Assembly: GCA_001002765.1 (NCBI GenBank)
Contig: LCMS01000004.1
Span: 68,775 to 132,774, forward strand
Reading direction: 5' to 3'
DNA: 64,000 bases
DNA from: Candidatus Uhrbacteria bacterium GW2011_GWE2_46_68
GTDB lineage: Bacteria; Patescibacteriota; Patescibacteriia; UBA9934; GWF2-40-263
Shown piece by piece: positions 47,230 to 57,306 of the stretch (the first letter of the stretch is position 1; every line of letters starts with the position of its first letter). The notes under the pieces were generated by a model, which did not search any database, was not told the origin of the DNA, and saw only the letters and a program-made list of their open reading frames with translations. The position numbers were made by a program, and so were the translations under genes.

Positions 47230-47838
47230 ATGAAGAAAGAAATAAAATTTCCGACAAAACAAGAAGTTGATGTCCACATAAATCAGAACAGGACGGAACT
47301 TTTTTCTGACCCAGACTTTCGGGAATATGAGGAAGTGGATATTATTTTTCTCGAACCAACACAACTTATTGCTTTGAGAGATTACCCTCCTCTGCACAGT
47401 CCCGAAGCTTTTACGGTGTATCGCAAGAAATTTGTAGCAGGTGAGAGAGTTGAACCCATTGTTGTTATTCCATCTCGAATTGTTATTGAATATTTAAAGA
47501 AGAATGAAGTTCGTGCTCATACGTACAGACAAGAACTTGAGCTGTTTCTTAATACACACCCACGAGCCACATACTTTATGCTCGGTGGCAAACATCGTTC
47601 GGCTGCAGCAACGATATTAGGTGTAAGAATTCCTTGCCTTGTGATCAGCAACGATGCTGATGTCGCTAAAATTAACGCTCTTATGGCGGAAGGTAAACTG
47701 ACAGGCATGCCGAGTGTTGGAGAAAATTTTAAAAGGACACTTTCCGAATTAGATGATCATTATTTTGAACACAAAGTTTTTTGGACCATGGATGAAAAAA
47801 CAAAAGCAATGATAGATCACGGGGACATTTCTCTTTAA
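47230..47838 (+). CDS. Hypothetical protein, ParB/Srx-like motif
   Basis: EPIVV...YFMLGGKHRSAAA..LG..IPC. Confidence 0.55.
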   Translation: MKKEIKFPTKQEVDVHINQNRTELFSDPDFREYEEVDIIFLEPTQLIALRDYPPLHSPEAFTVYRKKFVAGERVEPIVVIPSRIVIEYLKKNEVRAHTYRQELELFLNTHPRATYFMLGGKHRSAAATILGVRIPCLVISNDADVAKINALMAEGKLTGMPSVGENFKRTLSELDDHYFEHKVFWTMDEKTKAMIDHGDISL

Positions 47839-47924
47839 AGTCAAATGAAAAAAATTTAGCGCTCGAATGGCTGTTTTTGAATGACTCATAACAGGGAATC
47901 GGCAAAATTCTTCAGCGAAGGCTG

Positions 47925-48008
47925 GGGATTTTTGTTATCCGTGATAGAATGATCGTGAAGTTTCCGTGTGTACAAACAGAAAAGTCCGATGTCCGGACCT
48001 GACCCTGT
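47925..48008 (+). repeat. 84-bp direct repeat, copy 2
   Basis: Matches copy 1; ends CCGGACCTGACCCTGT. Confidence 0.9.
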
Positions 48009-48035
48009 CCTCCACCGTTTTCCTTTGGTCTCATT

Positions 48036-48233
48036 ATGAAAAAATTTCATGGAAAAATATTTTATTTTGTCTTCACCATATTGTTTGGTGCATTCACGTT
48101 CCTCTATGGGGAATTTGATGATAGCCCCGGTGGCCAATTGATAGGATTGGCGGCGGTTATTATTGGCATCATAGGTTCGATGCGTTCATTGCGCGCGGCA
48201 AGCCGCATGGGACGAACGAACAAAAAGTCATAA
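48036..48233 (+). CDS. Small membrane protein
   Basis: Two TM around a DDSPGGQ motif. Confidence 0.6.
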   Translation: MKKFHGKIFYFVFTILFGAFTFLYGEFDDSPGGQLIGLAAVIIGIIGSMRSLRAASRMGRTNKKS

Positions 48234-48240
48234 TAGTTTT

Positions 48241-49371
48241 ATGAAAATTGCAACAAACATTGGACGTGATGCTTTTGGTGGAATCACTATTTCCAACCTT
48301 GCCCTTTTTGATTGGCTCGAAGACAAAGAGGATACTATTGTTGGTATTGAATACGTAACTTCAAGACATTTTTTAGGGGCGGTAATCTTTCGTCGTTACC
48401 TTCCCTCGTTTTTCAGTCATCACATTATTAACGGTATAGATATTATTCCCCGTTTTTCTTGGGAGAAAAGTGGCAATCTCAGAAAACGTTGGAATATCTT
48501 AGTCGAGACAACAAAAAATGTTTTACGACAAGAAGCACCAGATATCGTTTTGATTAATGGGACATATTTTGCCCCTTGGATACTCGCTATTGCAGCACAC
48601 GAGCTCGGTATTCCCATTGTTTTACGATATGCGGGTGTGTTACAAAGAGAAGTAGGTCATAGACCTTTTTTTATTAAAAGACGTCTTTTGTCTTATGAAA
48701 GATGGTTGGCATCAGCGGCCAACTCTATCATTTTTCCCTCAACTCTTTGTCAGATGGTCGTAGAAAAGGAAATAGTAGGACATGCTGTGAGACACAGTGT
48801 CGTAATACCAAATCCAGCCACATCAGGTTTATTGCGCCATCAAAAACCAAACAGTCGTTATGTTATAGCCGCAGTCGGTCGTTGGTCACGAATAAAAAAC
48901 TTTCAGGCTTTTATCACGCTTCATCAATCGTTGTTAGAAAAGAAGTTTCCACACCAAGCAATCATGGTTACTTCGTATTGGGACAAAAAGTTCGGTATTC
49001 CAGAAACCATTGAATGTAAAGATCCCATGAGTCAAGAAGATCTTCAAAAGTTTTATCGATCAGTTGATCTTCTGATTGTTCCTTCACTTTTTGAAACTTT
49101 TTGTAATGTTGCGGCCGAAGCATTGGTGAATGGAAGTTCCGTTCTGGTTTCTAAAAATGTGGGTTTTGCCGAAATACTCATCAAGGCTGGACTTAAACGT
49201 ATGGTGATTGATTCGTTTGATTGTCCTGAAAAAGTTGTATTAGCGATAAAACGATTGGCTAAAATAAAACTTTCAGAAAAAGAAAGAAAAAGGGTCGTCG
49301 CTTTGCTCAATCCGCAAGAAATACATCAAGACATTCTTAAGACGCTTGTCGGAGTTGTGAAAGGAAAATGA
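48241..49371 (+). CDS. Glycosyltransferase family 4
   Basis: VIPNP, VGRWSRIKN, PSLFETFCNVAAEAL. Confidence 0.85.
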   Translation: MKIATNIGRDAFGGITISNLALFDWLEDKEDTIVGIEYVTSRHFLGAVIFRRYLPSFFSHHIINGIDIIPRFSWEKSGNLRKRWNILVETTKNVLRQEAPDIVLINGTYFAPWILAIAAHELGIPIVLRYAGVLQREVGHRPFFIKRRLLSYERWLASAANSIIFPSTLCQMVVEKEIVGHAVRHSVVIPNPATSGLLRHQKPNSRYVIAAVGRWSRIKNFQAFITLHQSLLEKKFPHQAIMVTSYWDKKFGIPETIECKDPMSQEDLQKFYRSVDLLIVPSLFETFCNVAAEALVNGSSVLVSKNVGFAEILIKAGLKRMVIDSFDCPEKVVLAIKRLAKIKLSEKERKRVVALLNPQEIHQDILKTLVGVVKGK

Positions 49372-49521
49372 TGAATTGTATGAAAAAATATTTTTTAGCA
49401 CTCCCGAGTCACTGTTTTCAAATCACTTGCGATGTGGGTCCAGGAAAATTTTTCAGATTCGTCTGGAGATTTTCATTGTCCGTGATAGAATGACCGTAAG
49501 TATTTTTAACCCATTTTTCCT

Positions 49522-50088
49522 ATGTCTAAACGCATCTTCTTTATTCCGCTCCTGGTTTTAGTTTTGATCGGTGCCGGATGCCAGACAAACACCATTCAAG
49601 ATGATAGCGACACCGAAACAACTCTGGGAATCACATCAGAAACATTTGAAAGTGAACAGGGAGATTTTTCTTATACACTTACGTGGAACACAGGCCTTCT
49701 TTCTTTATCTGAAAAAGTCTCTACCGAAGCTTCAGAGCATGCCCCTTCTTTTGCCGTTGTCGGCGGCGGAAACATTACGGTGGTCACAGGCCTCATGGAT
49801 TCGCCCGAATATCAAATGTCCACCTTTATCAATGATATGTATTATGAGGGGGATCGAGAAAAAATTTGGTTATCTGAAGTCGTTCCCTCAGAAGCCGGTA
49901 TGAATAATCCCGTTTATTTTTTCTCCCAACCAGTTGATTGGAACCCTGCATGTATCGTTCAATACGGTGCTATCAAAGGGTTGAACGAAGCCTTATTAAT
50001 ACGTTTGGAAGATTGTGAGGGCAATGATATGAAATCAAGTGAAGCATTTCATGATCTCTTGAGCGATCTGATTATCACGAGAAAATAA
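49522..50088 (+). CDS. Putative lipoprotein
   Basis: LVLIGAGC lipobox. Confidence 0.7.
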   Translation: MSKRIFFIPLLVLVLIGAGCQTNTIQDDSDTETTLGITSETFESEQGDFSYTLTWNTGLLSLSEKVSTEASEHAPSFAVVGGGNITVVTGLMDSPEYQMSTFINDMYYEGDREKIWLSEVVPSEAGMNNPVYFFSQPVDWNPACIVQYGAIKGLNEALLIRLEDCEGNDMKSSEAFHDLLSDLIITRK

Positions 50089-50225
50089 GTTTTACGAGAC
50101 AGGACACCACATGAGGTTCTCTTGGTGTGGAAAAAAGGACTGTGGAAAAAGCTGAAGGGGGTATTGTTGAGTTCATAGTATCTATGCTCTATGCTAAAAG
50201 CATTGAAAATGTATTATAAATCATA

Positions 50226-50600
50226 ATGATGAATTTTATGTTTAGAGAAAGAATGGTCACACAGGATTTGGGCTCAGAGATACCACACCATGATGTGGTC
50301 GATAGAAATTTAGAGTGTGGGGGAGGAGACGATAACGCAATCAGACGAATAAGAGAATTGATTCAGATCTATAATAATTTCAGTGATACTCAAAAGGGAG
50401 AAGAAGATATCAACAAAAATCCTGATTATCATGCAAAGCCCGGTGCAGAGCACGTAGATGAGATTTTGCGACTTATTGCCGGATTAGATAAGTCTTTGAA
50501 AAATGCAGAATCAATAGTCCTTGAACTCAAACGAGGAAATATTATGCCGCTTGACAGTTTATTGAATCCACGAGAAGTCCAGGGGCCAACCGAATTATAA
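50226..50600 (+). CDS. Hypothetical protein
   Basis: 124-aa ORF followed by hairpin 50627-50655. Confidence 0.55.
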   Translation: MMNFMFRERMVTQDLGSEIPHHDVVDRNLECGGGDDNAIRRIRELIQIYNNFSDTQKGEEDINKNPDYHAKPGAEHVDEILRLIAGLDKSLKNAESIVLELKRGNIMPLDSLLNPREVQGPTEL

Positions 50601-50764
50601 TTTTTTTGTTTTATTATCCGAATGGTAAAAACACCGAACTAGTCGGTGTTTTTACGTAAGGATCCGAAAATGATTTATGCGGTGCGGGAGATATCTTCAA
50701 TAAAGGGAATTCCTTTTGCTTTGCAAATTTCTTTTTCCAAAGCGATACAAAGACGCGGATCCAT

Positions 50765-52237
50765 TCATGATGACACCTCGTCTTTGATGAGGGTGCCGAG
50801 ATCAAGGACGCTATCAAAGTGAATTTGTTTTACGAAGTCTTCGCTGTGACTTACAACAATCATGCAGCCTTTGTAGTCATTGAGCGCACGAGCGATGACA
50901 GGTAAATGGCGAAAGTTAATGTGATTGGTTGGCTCATCAAAAATAAGGAGATGTGGTTTTTGTAAAACGAATCGTGCAAAACAAAGCAACCCTTTTTGTC
51001 CTTCAGATAAGGCACCAATGGGGGTTGCAAGGACATCACCATTGAGAAGAAATTTTGCTCCTGTTCGGCGAATGGTTTCATTGTCCGGCACATCCATCGC
51101 GGTACACAGCGAGTCATAAGCGGTTTGTGTAAAATCGAGTCCTGAAAAATCCTGTTTATAATAACCCGTCTTTACACCTTCTGTGATAAGAGCTCCGGGA
51201 TTTTTTTCTTCGGCAAGCGCGCGAAGAAGCGTGCTTTTTCCAATTCCGTTTGGACCGGTAATGAGGAGATGATGACCGCGTCGGAGTATAAGATCAACGT
51301 TTACACAATGGGCTTCGTGATGACGAATTACTTTGACCGAGGTAAGACGCACGATAGGTTCAATGAAGGGTTCGGCAGGAATGGTAAAATCATCAATCGT
51401 ACGGTCATCGCGTCGTACATCCACCATATTTTCTTCCGCTTCCGCCACTTCCTCTTTTAATTTGCTTGCCAGTTTTCGCATCTTTCCTCCTTTGTGAGCA
51501 AAAAAGTTTACTTTGTCTTTGCGATCTTGAATGGTTTTGAGCAGTTGTGCATTTTTTGCACGATCACGCTCCACCCGAGCGGATATTTCTTCCACTGCAT
51601 CACAATAATTTCCATCATACTTTTCCACCTTGCCCGTAAAGATATCGAGATGTAAGACACCTTCGGTAAAACAGTTTAAAAAATCCGCATCATGAGAAAT
51701 GACCAATGCGGTTTTAGGATACAAGATAAGAAAGGCGGTGAGATGCTCGATGCCATCGCTATCAAGGTTGTTTGTCGGTTCATCCAGAAGCAAAATATCC
51801 GGCTCTTGAATAAGCGCATAGGCAAGAAGAAGCCTGGCTTGTTGACCGCCAGATAAACTACCGACGGTTTTATCAAGAGGTGTGGAAAAATTGACAGCTT
51901 CCAAAACATCATGAATGCGCTTGTCAAGATTGTAGGGAACCTGTGCAAACGCATGGGCAAAATAATCTCGTATGGTTTCGGGAAGATGTTCACGGGCCAT
52001 GACTTGTTTTGCAGTCGCGAGTGTCGCTCCTGGTAAAAGATGGATTTTTCCATGATGAGGTTTGAGCTCTTGGGTCATCAGTTTAAAGATGGTACTTTTC
52101 CCTGCGCCGTTTTGTCCCATGAGGGCGAATTTTGTATTTTCTCGCATGGAAAAACTCGCCTCATCTAACATAAGATTTTCCGCAGAGTAACCGAAAGAAA
52201 CTTCTTCAAAACGAATCACCACATTGTTTGATGTCAT
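50765..52237 (-). CDS. ABC-F family ATPase
   Basis: Two NBDs (GQNGAGKST/LSGGQ/DEPTNNLD; GPNGIGKST/LSEGQ/DEPTNH); no TM. Confidence 0.92.
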   Translation of the reverse strand: MTSNNVVIRFEEVSFGYSAENLMLDEASFSMRENTKFALMGQNGAGKSTIFKLMTQELKPHHGKIHLLPGATLATAKQVMAREHLPETIRDYFAHAFAQVPYNLDKRIHDVLEAVNFSTPLDKTVGSLSGGQQARLLLAYALIQEPDILLLDEPTNNLDSDGIEHLTAFLILYPKTALVISHDADFLNCFTEGVLHLDIFTGKVEKYDGNYCDAVEEISARVERDRAKNAQLLKTIQDRKDKVNFFAHKGGKMRKLASKLKEEVAEAEENMVDVRRDDRTIDDFTIPAEPFIEPIVRLTSVKVIRHHEAHCVNVDLILRRGHHLLITGPNGIGKSTLLRALAEEKNPGALITEGVKTGYYKQDFSGLDFTQTAYDSLCTAMDVPDNETIRRTGAKFLLNGDVLATPIGALSEGQKGLLCFARFVLQKPHLLIFDEPTNHINFRHLPVIARALNDYKGCMIVVSHSEDFVKQIHFDSVLDLGTLIKDEVSS

Positions 52238-52400
52238 AGAAGGCCCAAAATCTATCATATAAACGTAAAAAAGACGAGAACACACTTGGAGAAACACCTA
52301 TCCAACCAAGCGCATTTATTTTTTGTGATAGAATAATAAAGTTAAACAAGACGAACGACGATTCCATGATTTTAAAATAATTTAGTCTTAATGCGTTTTT

Positions 52401-52463
52401 ATGGCCAAAGGAAAAGATGCGCGGAAGGAAGTAAAGAAACCAAAGAAGGATAAAAAGAAATAA
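52401..52463 (+). CDS. 20-aa Lys-rich microprotein MAKGKDARKEVKKPKKDKKK
   Basis: TTTTT-ATG start context, upstream TGATAGAAT, downstream terminator. Confidence 0.5.
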   Translation: MAKGKDARKEVKKPKKDKKK

Positions 52464-52558
52464 GATGTTTGCGTGAGGAACTTCAGAAGCAGATTCAAAA
52501 AATCTCCTCGGTCAACACGAGGAGATTTTTTATGATAGACTGCCATTATCTCATTTTT

Positions 52559-53320
52559 ATGCGCATTTTACTGATACAAATTAGACAAGATGCAATTTTA
52601 CAGCACGAATATAAGGCGATTATGGAAAAAATGCAGTTGCGATCTTCCGAGTTGATTTCGTGGAATATTTTTATGTCATTGACTCCTCCGGAACCGATCG
52701 AAACATTTCAAGCCATTCTCATAGGGGGGAGTGGCGCTTATTGCGTTTCGCTGTGGAATATTCCACAGGAGCTCGAGGCGATTACTCAAGTTGTGCGGAT
52801 AGCTTATGCGCGAGGGATACCGGTGCTGGGTATTTGTTTTGGATGTCATTTGCTTGCTCACATATTCGGGGGAGAAGTACAGATGGATTCTTTTCGACAG
52901 GAAGTGGGCACTTTTGAAATAACGAGTACAACCATTGCGACAAGCGATACATTATTTTCTCAATTACCAAAAAAGTTTTGGGCTCAAGAAGGACACAAAG
53001 ATCATGTGGTGCGTCTTCCAAAAGGAGCTATTCATTTAGCTTCCAGTGCGCTATCAAAATATCAAGCGTTTAGATTATCGGAGGGGTGTCTCTATGGAGT
53101 ACAATTTCATCCCGAACTTTCCAAACAAGACGTTCTCGTTCGGTATCAGATGTATCATCAAGATTATCAAAAAAATCAGCATGATGGTTTTGTCTCTGAT
53201 GCAGGATCTTCAGATGGGCAGAATGATCTCAATAGTTTGGCAATGGGAATATGTGAGGCGCCTGATGCCGAACGTTTTTTGTTGCTTTTTAAAAAAAACA
53301 TTGGGAAAAAGTTTTTTTAA
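52559..53320 (+). CDS. Type 1 glutamine amidotransferase-like protein
   Basis: GGSG, LGICFGCH, GVQFHPE. Confidence 0.9.
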   Translation: MRILLIQIRQDAILQHEYKAIMEKMQLRSSELISWNIFMSLTPPEPIETFQAILIGGSGAYCVSLWNIPQELEAITQVVRIAYARGIPVLGICFGCHLLAHIFGGEVQMDSFRQEVGTFEITSTTIATSDTLFSQLPKKFWAQEGHKDHVVRLPKGAIHLASSALSKYQAFRLSEGCLYGVQFHPELSKQDVLVRYQMYHQDYQKNQHDGFVSDAGSSDGQNDLNSLAMGICEAPDAERFLLLFKKNIGKKFF

Positions 53321-53345
53321 AATATTTTTGATCCATGTCCTCTCT

Positions 53346-53969
53346 ATGAAAAAAATAAGTGCGATCGGATTTGATTGGGGTGGGGTGATTCTTCAACACA
53401 TTGACGGAAGTTTTGCCCATGTGGCCGCTGAGTATCTCCATGTGGATCATGAGTGTTTTCGACGCGCCTATTTTCTTCATAATCACATGATCAATAAAGG
53501 AGCCCAGAGCAAAGCGTTTGATCAAGCGACGGAAATGTGGCAAAAGATTTTGTTGGAACTTGATCGGGTTGATCAGTTGGATGCTTTTATGACATTTGTT
53601 CAAAGTCGGCCTAAAGGTGACGTCAGTCAGGAAATGATCGCATTGATTCAACAATTGAAGAATCAAGGGTGGAAGCTGGGACTTTTAAGCAATGCTTCCT
53701 CTGAAGGTGCACAACGCATAAGAAATCACGCATGTCTTGCTTTATTTGATGTCGCACTTTTTTCCGCAGAGATGGATTGTATGAAACCGGAACCCGAGGC
53801 GTTTCAAAAGTTCACTTCCGCGCTTGGCGTTCCATCACCTGAACTTGTTTTTATCGATGACTCAACCTACAGTCTTTCCACAGCAGAGGAGATCGGATAC
53901 ATTCCCATTCTTTTTCAAAACACCAGCCTCTTGAAAGATCAACTAAAAGCGCTGGGCATTAGCGTGTAA
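53346..53969 (+). CDS. HAD-family phosphatase
   Basis: FDWGGVI, LLSN, KPEP, FIDD. Confidence 0.9.
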   Translation: MKKISAIGFDWGGVILQHIDGSFAHVAAEYLHVDHECFRRAYFLHNHMINKGAQSKAFDQATEMWQKILLELDRVDQLDAFMTFVQSRPKGDVSQEMIALIQQLKNQGWKLGLLSNASSEGAQRIRNHACLALFDVALFSAEMDCMKPEPEAFQKFTSALGVPSPELVFIDDSTYSLSTAEEIGYIPILFQNTSLLKDQLKALGISV

Positions 53970-54050
53970 AATCAAAAATCAAAGGTGGGGACAGAAGCGT
54001 CCCTGCTTTTGTTTTGGCGTGATAGAATTAAAACAAGATCAAAAATCAAT

Positions 54051-55355
54051 ATGACGGAACAATCACACGAAGGAAGAGGAAATTTACCCGAGAGAGCTGA
54101 TGGAGACACTCGCCAAAAACGTCTTGCATTTTTGCGAGAAAAAATGGAAAGACTTTTTGAAGGAGAAAAAAATAGCGAATTGCGTCAGCAGATAGAACGC
54201 TCATTTTCGGTTCCGCAATATGGGGAGTACCACAAGGAAGGTTTGTTCATGGATAGTCATTTGCGACTTATCTTTCATACGATAGAGGCCGTGCGACAAG
54301 GAAATATTCCCGATACAGTATCTGAAGCAACGGCCACATCGTTGCAAAAAGCGCTTGTGCAAGATCCGGATATGGTAGAGCGTTATGTTTTTTTACATGA
54401 TATCGCCAAAGCGGATTGTCTCACTGTGAAATTTGCGTCTCTTCAGGCGGCTCAAGAAGCAGAGAGAACAACGGAAACGCAGGAAGTGTGTATGACATGG
54501 GCGCAATGGAAGGACTTTTTGGGTCAGGATGAAGTGGAGGCGAAAGTGATGGAAGAAGACGAACGCGCTATGCAAGACTACCTCGATTCCAAAGAAGTCA
54601 TGGGCATTTCTTACTATCATCCAGATCGTAAACATGGGGATGCCGGATCACAGATGCTCCGAGAGTTGTACCCAGGGGTTGAGGCAACCACACTCATAGC
54701 TATCGAGCATCATGAGGATGCGTTTCAATTTCAAAAAGTGGACACCGAACGATATCTGTTGATGTATGAGGCTATGAATAAAGAGGAGCGCGATTTTGCT
54801 CTCCTGGCAAGTTATGTAGACACGGCTTCCTCTTTTCGTTCCGATGGACAGCCCGACCTTTTGAATTTTTTAGCGCTCTCCGCGTCAAAAGAAAAAGTTG
54901 GTGCTTTTATGCGTGTACTGGAAGGGTTAGATGCTTCCACTCAAATGATTGAAGAAGCTTTTCGTATTTTTGTAAAAAATCGTTTGGAGAAGCGTAATAA
55001 TCCTCGTGAACCTATCACACAATTGCTGAAAGCATTGGCACAAGGACGTTTTGATGCAAATAAACTTATCAAGACGTTTGATGATTGGTTTTTTGGTGAT
55101 CAGCCCGTCCGAATGGAAGAAGTTCCATTGTTCATAGAACGATGGAACAAAGAGTGTACGCTTCCTTCTTTTGATCGAGAACGATTGAAACATGGTTTTT
55201 TGACTCTTGTGGAAGGCGCCTTTACACAAGAAGACGCGATCACATTAACCGAACTGGCCTTGATGGACGCAAGTCAAATCGGAAGACAATTCGGAAAAAA
55301 ACTTGGATCCCGCATGGCACACGTGCGGGAAATTCTTGAGCAATCAAAAAAATAG
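54051..55355 (+). CDS. HD-domain protein
   Basis: YHKEG...H, LHDIAK, H...HH...D. Confidence 0.7.
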   Translation: MTEQSHEGRGNLPERADGDTRQKRLAFLREKMERLFEGEKNSELRQQIERSFSVPQYGEYHKEGLFMDSHLRLIFHTIEAVRQGNIPDTVSEATATSLQKALVQDPDMVERYVFLHDIAKADCLTVKFASLQAAQEAERTTETQEVCMTWAQWKDFLGQDEVEAKVMEEDERAMQDYLDSKEVMGISYYHPDRKHGDAGSQMLRELYPGVEATTLIAIEHHEDAFQFQKVDTERYLLMYEAMNKEERDFALLASYVDTASSFRSDGQPDLLNFLALSASKEKVGAFMRVLEGLDASTQMIEEAFRIFVKNRLEKRNNPREPITQLLKALAQGRFDANKLIKTFDDWFFGDQPVRMEEVPLFIERWNKECTLPSFDRERLKHGFLTLVEGAFTQEDAITLTELALMDASQIGRQFGKKLGSRMAHVREILEQSKK

Positions 55356-55369
55356 TAATCAAGTCCATT

Positions 55370-55822
55370 ATGAAACTTCCTTTTTCTTTTTTCCTCCTTC
55401 TCCCTCTGATTTTTCTTGGCGTCGGGTGCACCGAAGATCTTCCCGAAGATCAACAGATTGATTACGAGGAAGATGTGAAACCACTTATTGAAGAGACACA
55501 TCCCACAACCAAGGTGCGTGGAAGCTGCAATGTGATCGCAACAGCGAGTCATTGCGAGGATTATATCGGATCCATTTGGACAGATCAGCAAATGCAATTG
55601 CATTGCGGTGGGACAGGGACATTTAGTTTTGATGCATGTCCCTATAGCGAAAATGGTGGTTGCCGCACAGGGGCGGAAACAATCGCGGAAAATATGATTT
55701 GGTCATACAACTATGGTGGTCAGCCGATCACAGGAGAGGATTTATATTATGAATCTCAATCCTGCGATATTTTGGAAGGCGCCGAGTGGGTGCTGCCCGA
55801 AGATCTTTTGCATAAGCCGTAG
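55370..55822 (+). CDS. Cys-rich putative lipoprotein
   Basis: FLGVGC lipobox; six further Cys. Confidence 0.7.
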   Translation: MKLPFSFFLLLPLIFLGVGCTEDLPEDQQIDYEEDVKPLIEETHPTTKVRGSCNVIATASHCEDYIGSIWTDQQMQLHCGGTGTFSFDACPYSENGGCRTGAETIAENMIWSYNYGGQPITGEDLYYESQSCDILEGAEWVLPEDLLHKP

Positions 55823-55860
55823 ACACACAACGCTTATCTTTTTTTACGAAATTTTAAAAT

Positions 55861-56388
55861 ATGGAAGGTGCAGAGCGACATCAAGAGGTCACAGAACGTG
55901 AATCTGTGCAGGAGAAAACAGTAGCCGCTATTTTATCAACGGCTGTTTTTGAACATGATGAGAATAATCCGCGTATATTTCGTGTGCATCTTGCATATGG
56001 AAGCAAGCGACTTGATTGTTATGTGCTTAAAGACACAAAAGTGGCCGGAGCCATGATCGAAAGCGAACAAACGAAAGAAAAAAAAGAGGGAGAAACCTCT
56101 CTTCTTTACCGTGCGTTGTATCATGTATTGCGTGGGGTGGCGAATCGTCTGGGAGAAGCTTTATCCTATACGTTTGTCACGGAAAATGAAAAATTGATTG
56201 CTTGGGCAAACACGCACGGGAATGAAATTTTTCACTGGAAAAAAACAACGGTGGATCACGAAAGCTCGCTTGGATCTTTCTCTTGTGAGATTTTTCCAAC
56301 AGTGTCAAAAAGAAAGGCTCAACAACGAAAAACACATCAGAAGACAGAAATTCTTTTATGGGAAGTGCGAGAATATTTTCCTGGCTAG
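55861..56388 (+). CDS. Hypothetical protein
   Basis: 175-aa ORF whose stop abuts the RAYT left end. Confidence 0.55.
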   Translation: MEGAERHQEVTERESVQEKTVAAILSTAVFEHDENNPRIFRVHLAYGSKRLDCYVLKDTKVAGAMIESEQTKEKKEGETSLLYRALYHVLRGVANRLGEALSYTFVTENEKLIAWANTHGNEIFHWKKTTVDHESSLGSFSCEIFPTVSKRKAQQRKTHQKTEILLWEVREYFPG

Positions 56389-57301
56389 GGGGTCAGGTCG
56401 TGAATCGTAGTGTTCAACATTTATTTTTCTATGACAAGACCACTTCGCATTGAATATCCTGGAGCATTTTATCACATCATCTCCCGCGGAAACGCGCATC
56501 AAGATATTTATCTTGACAATAAAGATCGACAAAATTTTTTAATGAATCTTCAGCATTGCCTCCGGTCGCACTCTCTCCGATGTCATGCTTATTGTTTGAT
56601 GAACAATCACTATCATTTACTTTTAGAAACGCCTAGAGGGAATTTATCTCAAGCCATGCGTGACATCAACGGTCTCTACACTCAAAAATTTAACAAGAGA
56701 CATAAACGTATTGGCCATGTTCTTCAAGGGCGTTACAAAGCTTTCCTTGTTGAAAAGGACGCTTATCTTTTACAAATTGCTCGTTATATTGTCCTCAATC
56801 CACTAAAAGCCGGTATAGTCAATCATCCAAAAAAATGGAGGTGGAGCAGCTATTCCATTACAGCTGGTCTTAGAGAGTCTCCAACTTGGTTTGACTCAAG
56901 TGTTATTCTTGCTCTTTTTACATCAAATAAAAAAAGAGCACAAAAGTACTATCGTCGATTTGTATATGAAGGTGAAAATGAACCTTTTCTTTACGAGAAA
57001 GGAAAGGGGGGTGTGATTTTGGGTAGCCAAGAATTTGCAGATCAGATTCGGAGAGAGTTTAAAAATAAGAAAAGTTCAAAAGAAGTTGTCATTTCTGAAA
57101 GAGTGATCAGTCGTCCAAGTTTAGAAGATTTATTTTTTCAGATAGATAATCAAGAAGAACGGAACAAGATGATAAAATTAGCTAGAATAAAAGCCTTTTA
57201 TTCCGTTACAGAAATCGCGAATCATTTAGGTTTACACAGAACAACCGTCAGTAAAATTTTTAACGATAAAACATGAATGCTACGATTCACGACCTGACCC
57301 C
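56389..57301 (+). mobile_element. RAYT element with perfect 22-bp inverted ends
   Basis: GGGGTCAGGTCGTGAATCGTAG 56389-56410 and reverse complement 57280-57301 flank the transposase. Confidence 0.88.
56431..57276 (+). CDS. REP-associated tyrosine transposase (Y1 HUH, IS200-like) with C-terminal HTH
   Basis: RPLRIEYPGAFYH..SRGN, YCLMNNHYH (HUH), QGRY, RYIVLNP, WSSY, EIANHLGLHRTTVS. Confidence 0.93.
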   Translation: MTRPLRIEYPGAFYHIISRGNAHQDIYLDNKDRQNFLMNLQHCLRSHSLRCHAYCLMNNHYHLLLETPRGNLSQAMRDINGLYTQKFNKRHKRIGHVLQGRYKAFLVEKDAYLLQIARYIVLNPLKAGIVNHPKKWRWSSYSITAGLRESPTWFDSSVILALFTSNKKRAQKYYRRFVYEGENEPFLYEKGKGGVILGSQEFADQIRREFKNKKSSKEVVISERVISRPSLEDLFFQIDNQEERNKMIKLARIKAFYSVTEIANHLGLHRTTVSKIFNDKT

Positions 57302-57306
57302 TTTTT

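Noticed and set aside
53046-53345. Long N-terminal extension of the HAD ORF
   Set aside because: Overlaps the amidotransferase gene; HAD motif I follows Met 53346.
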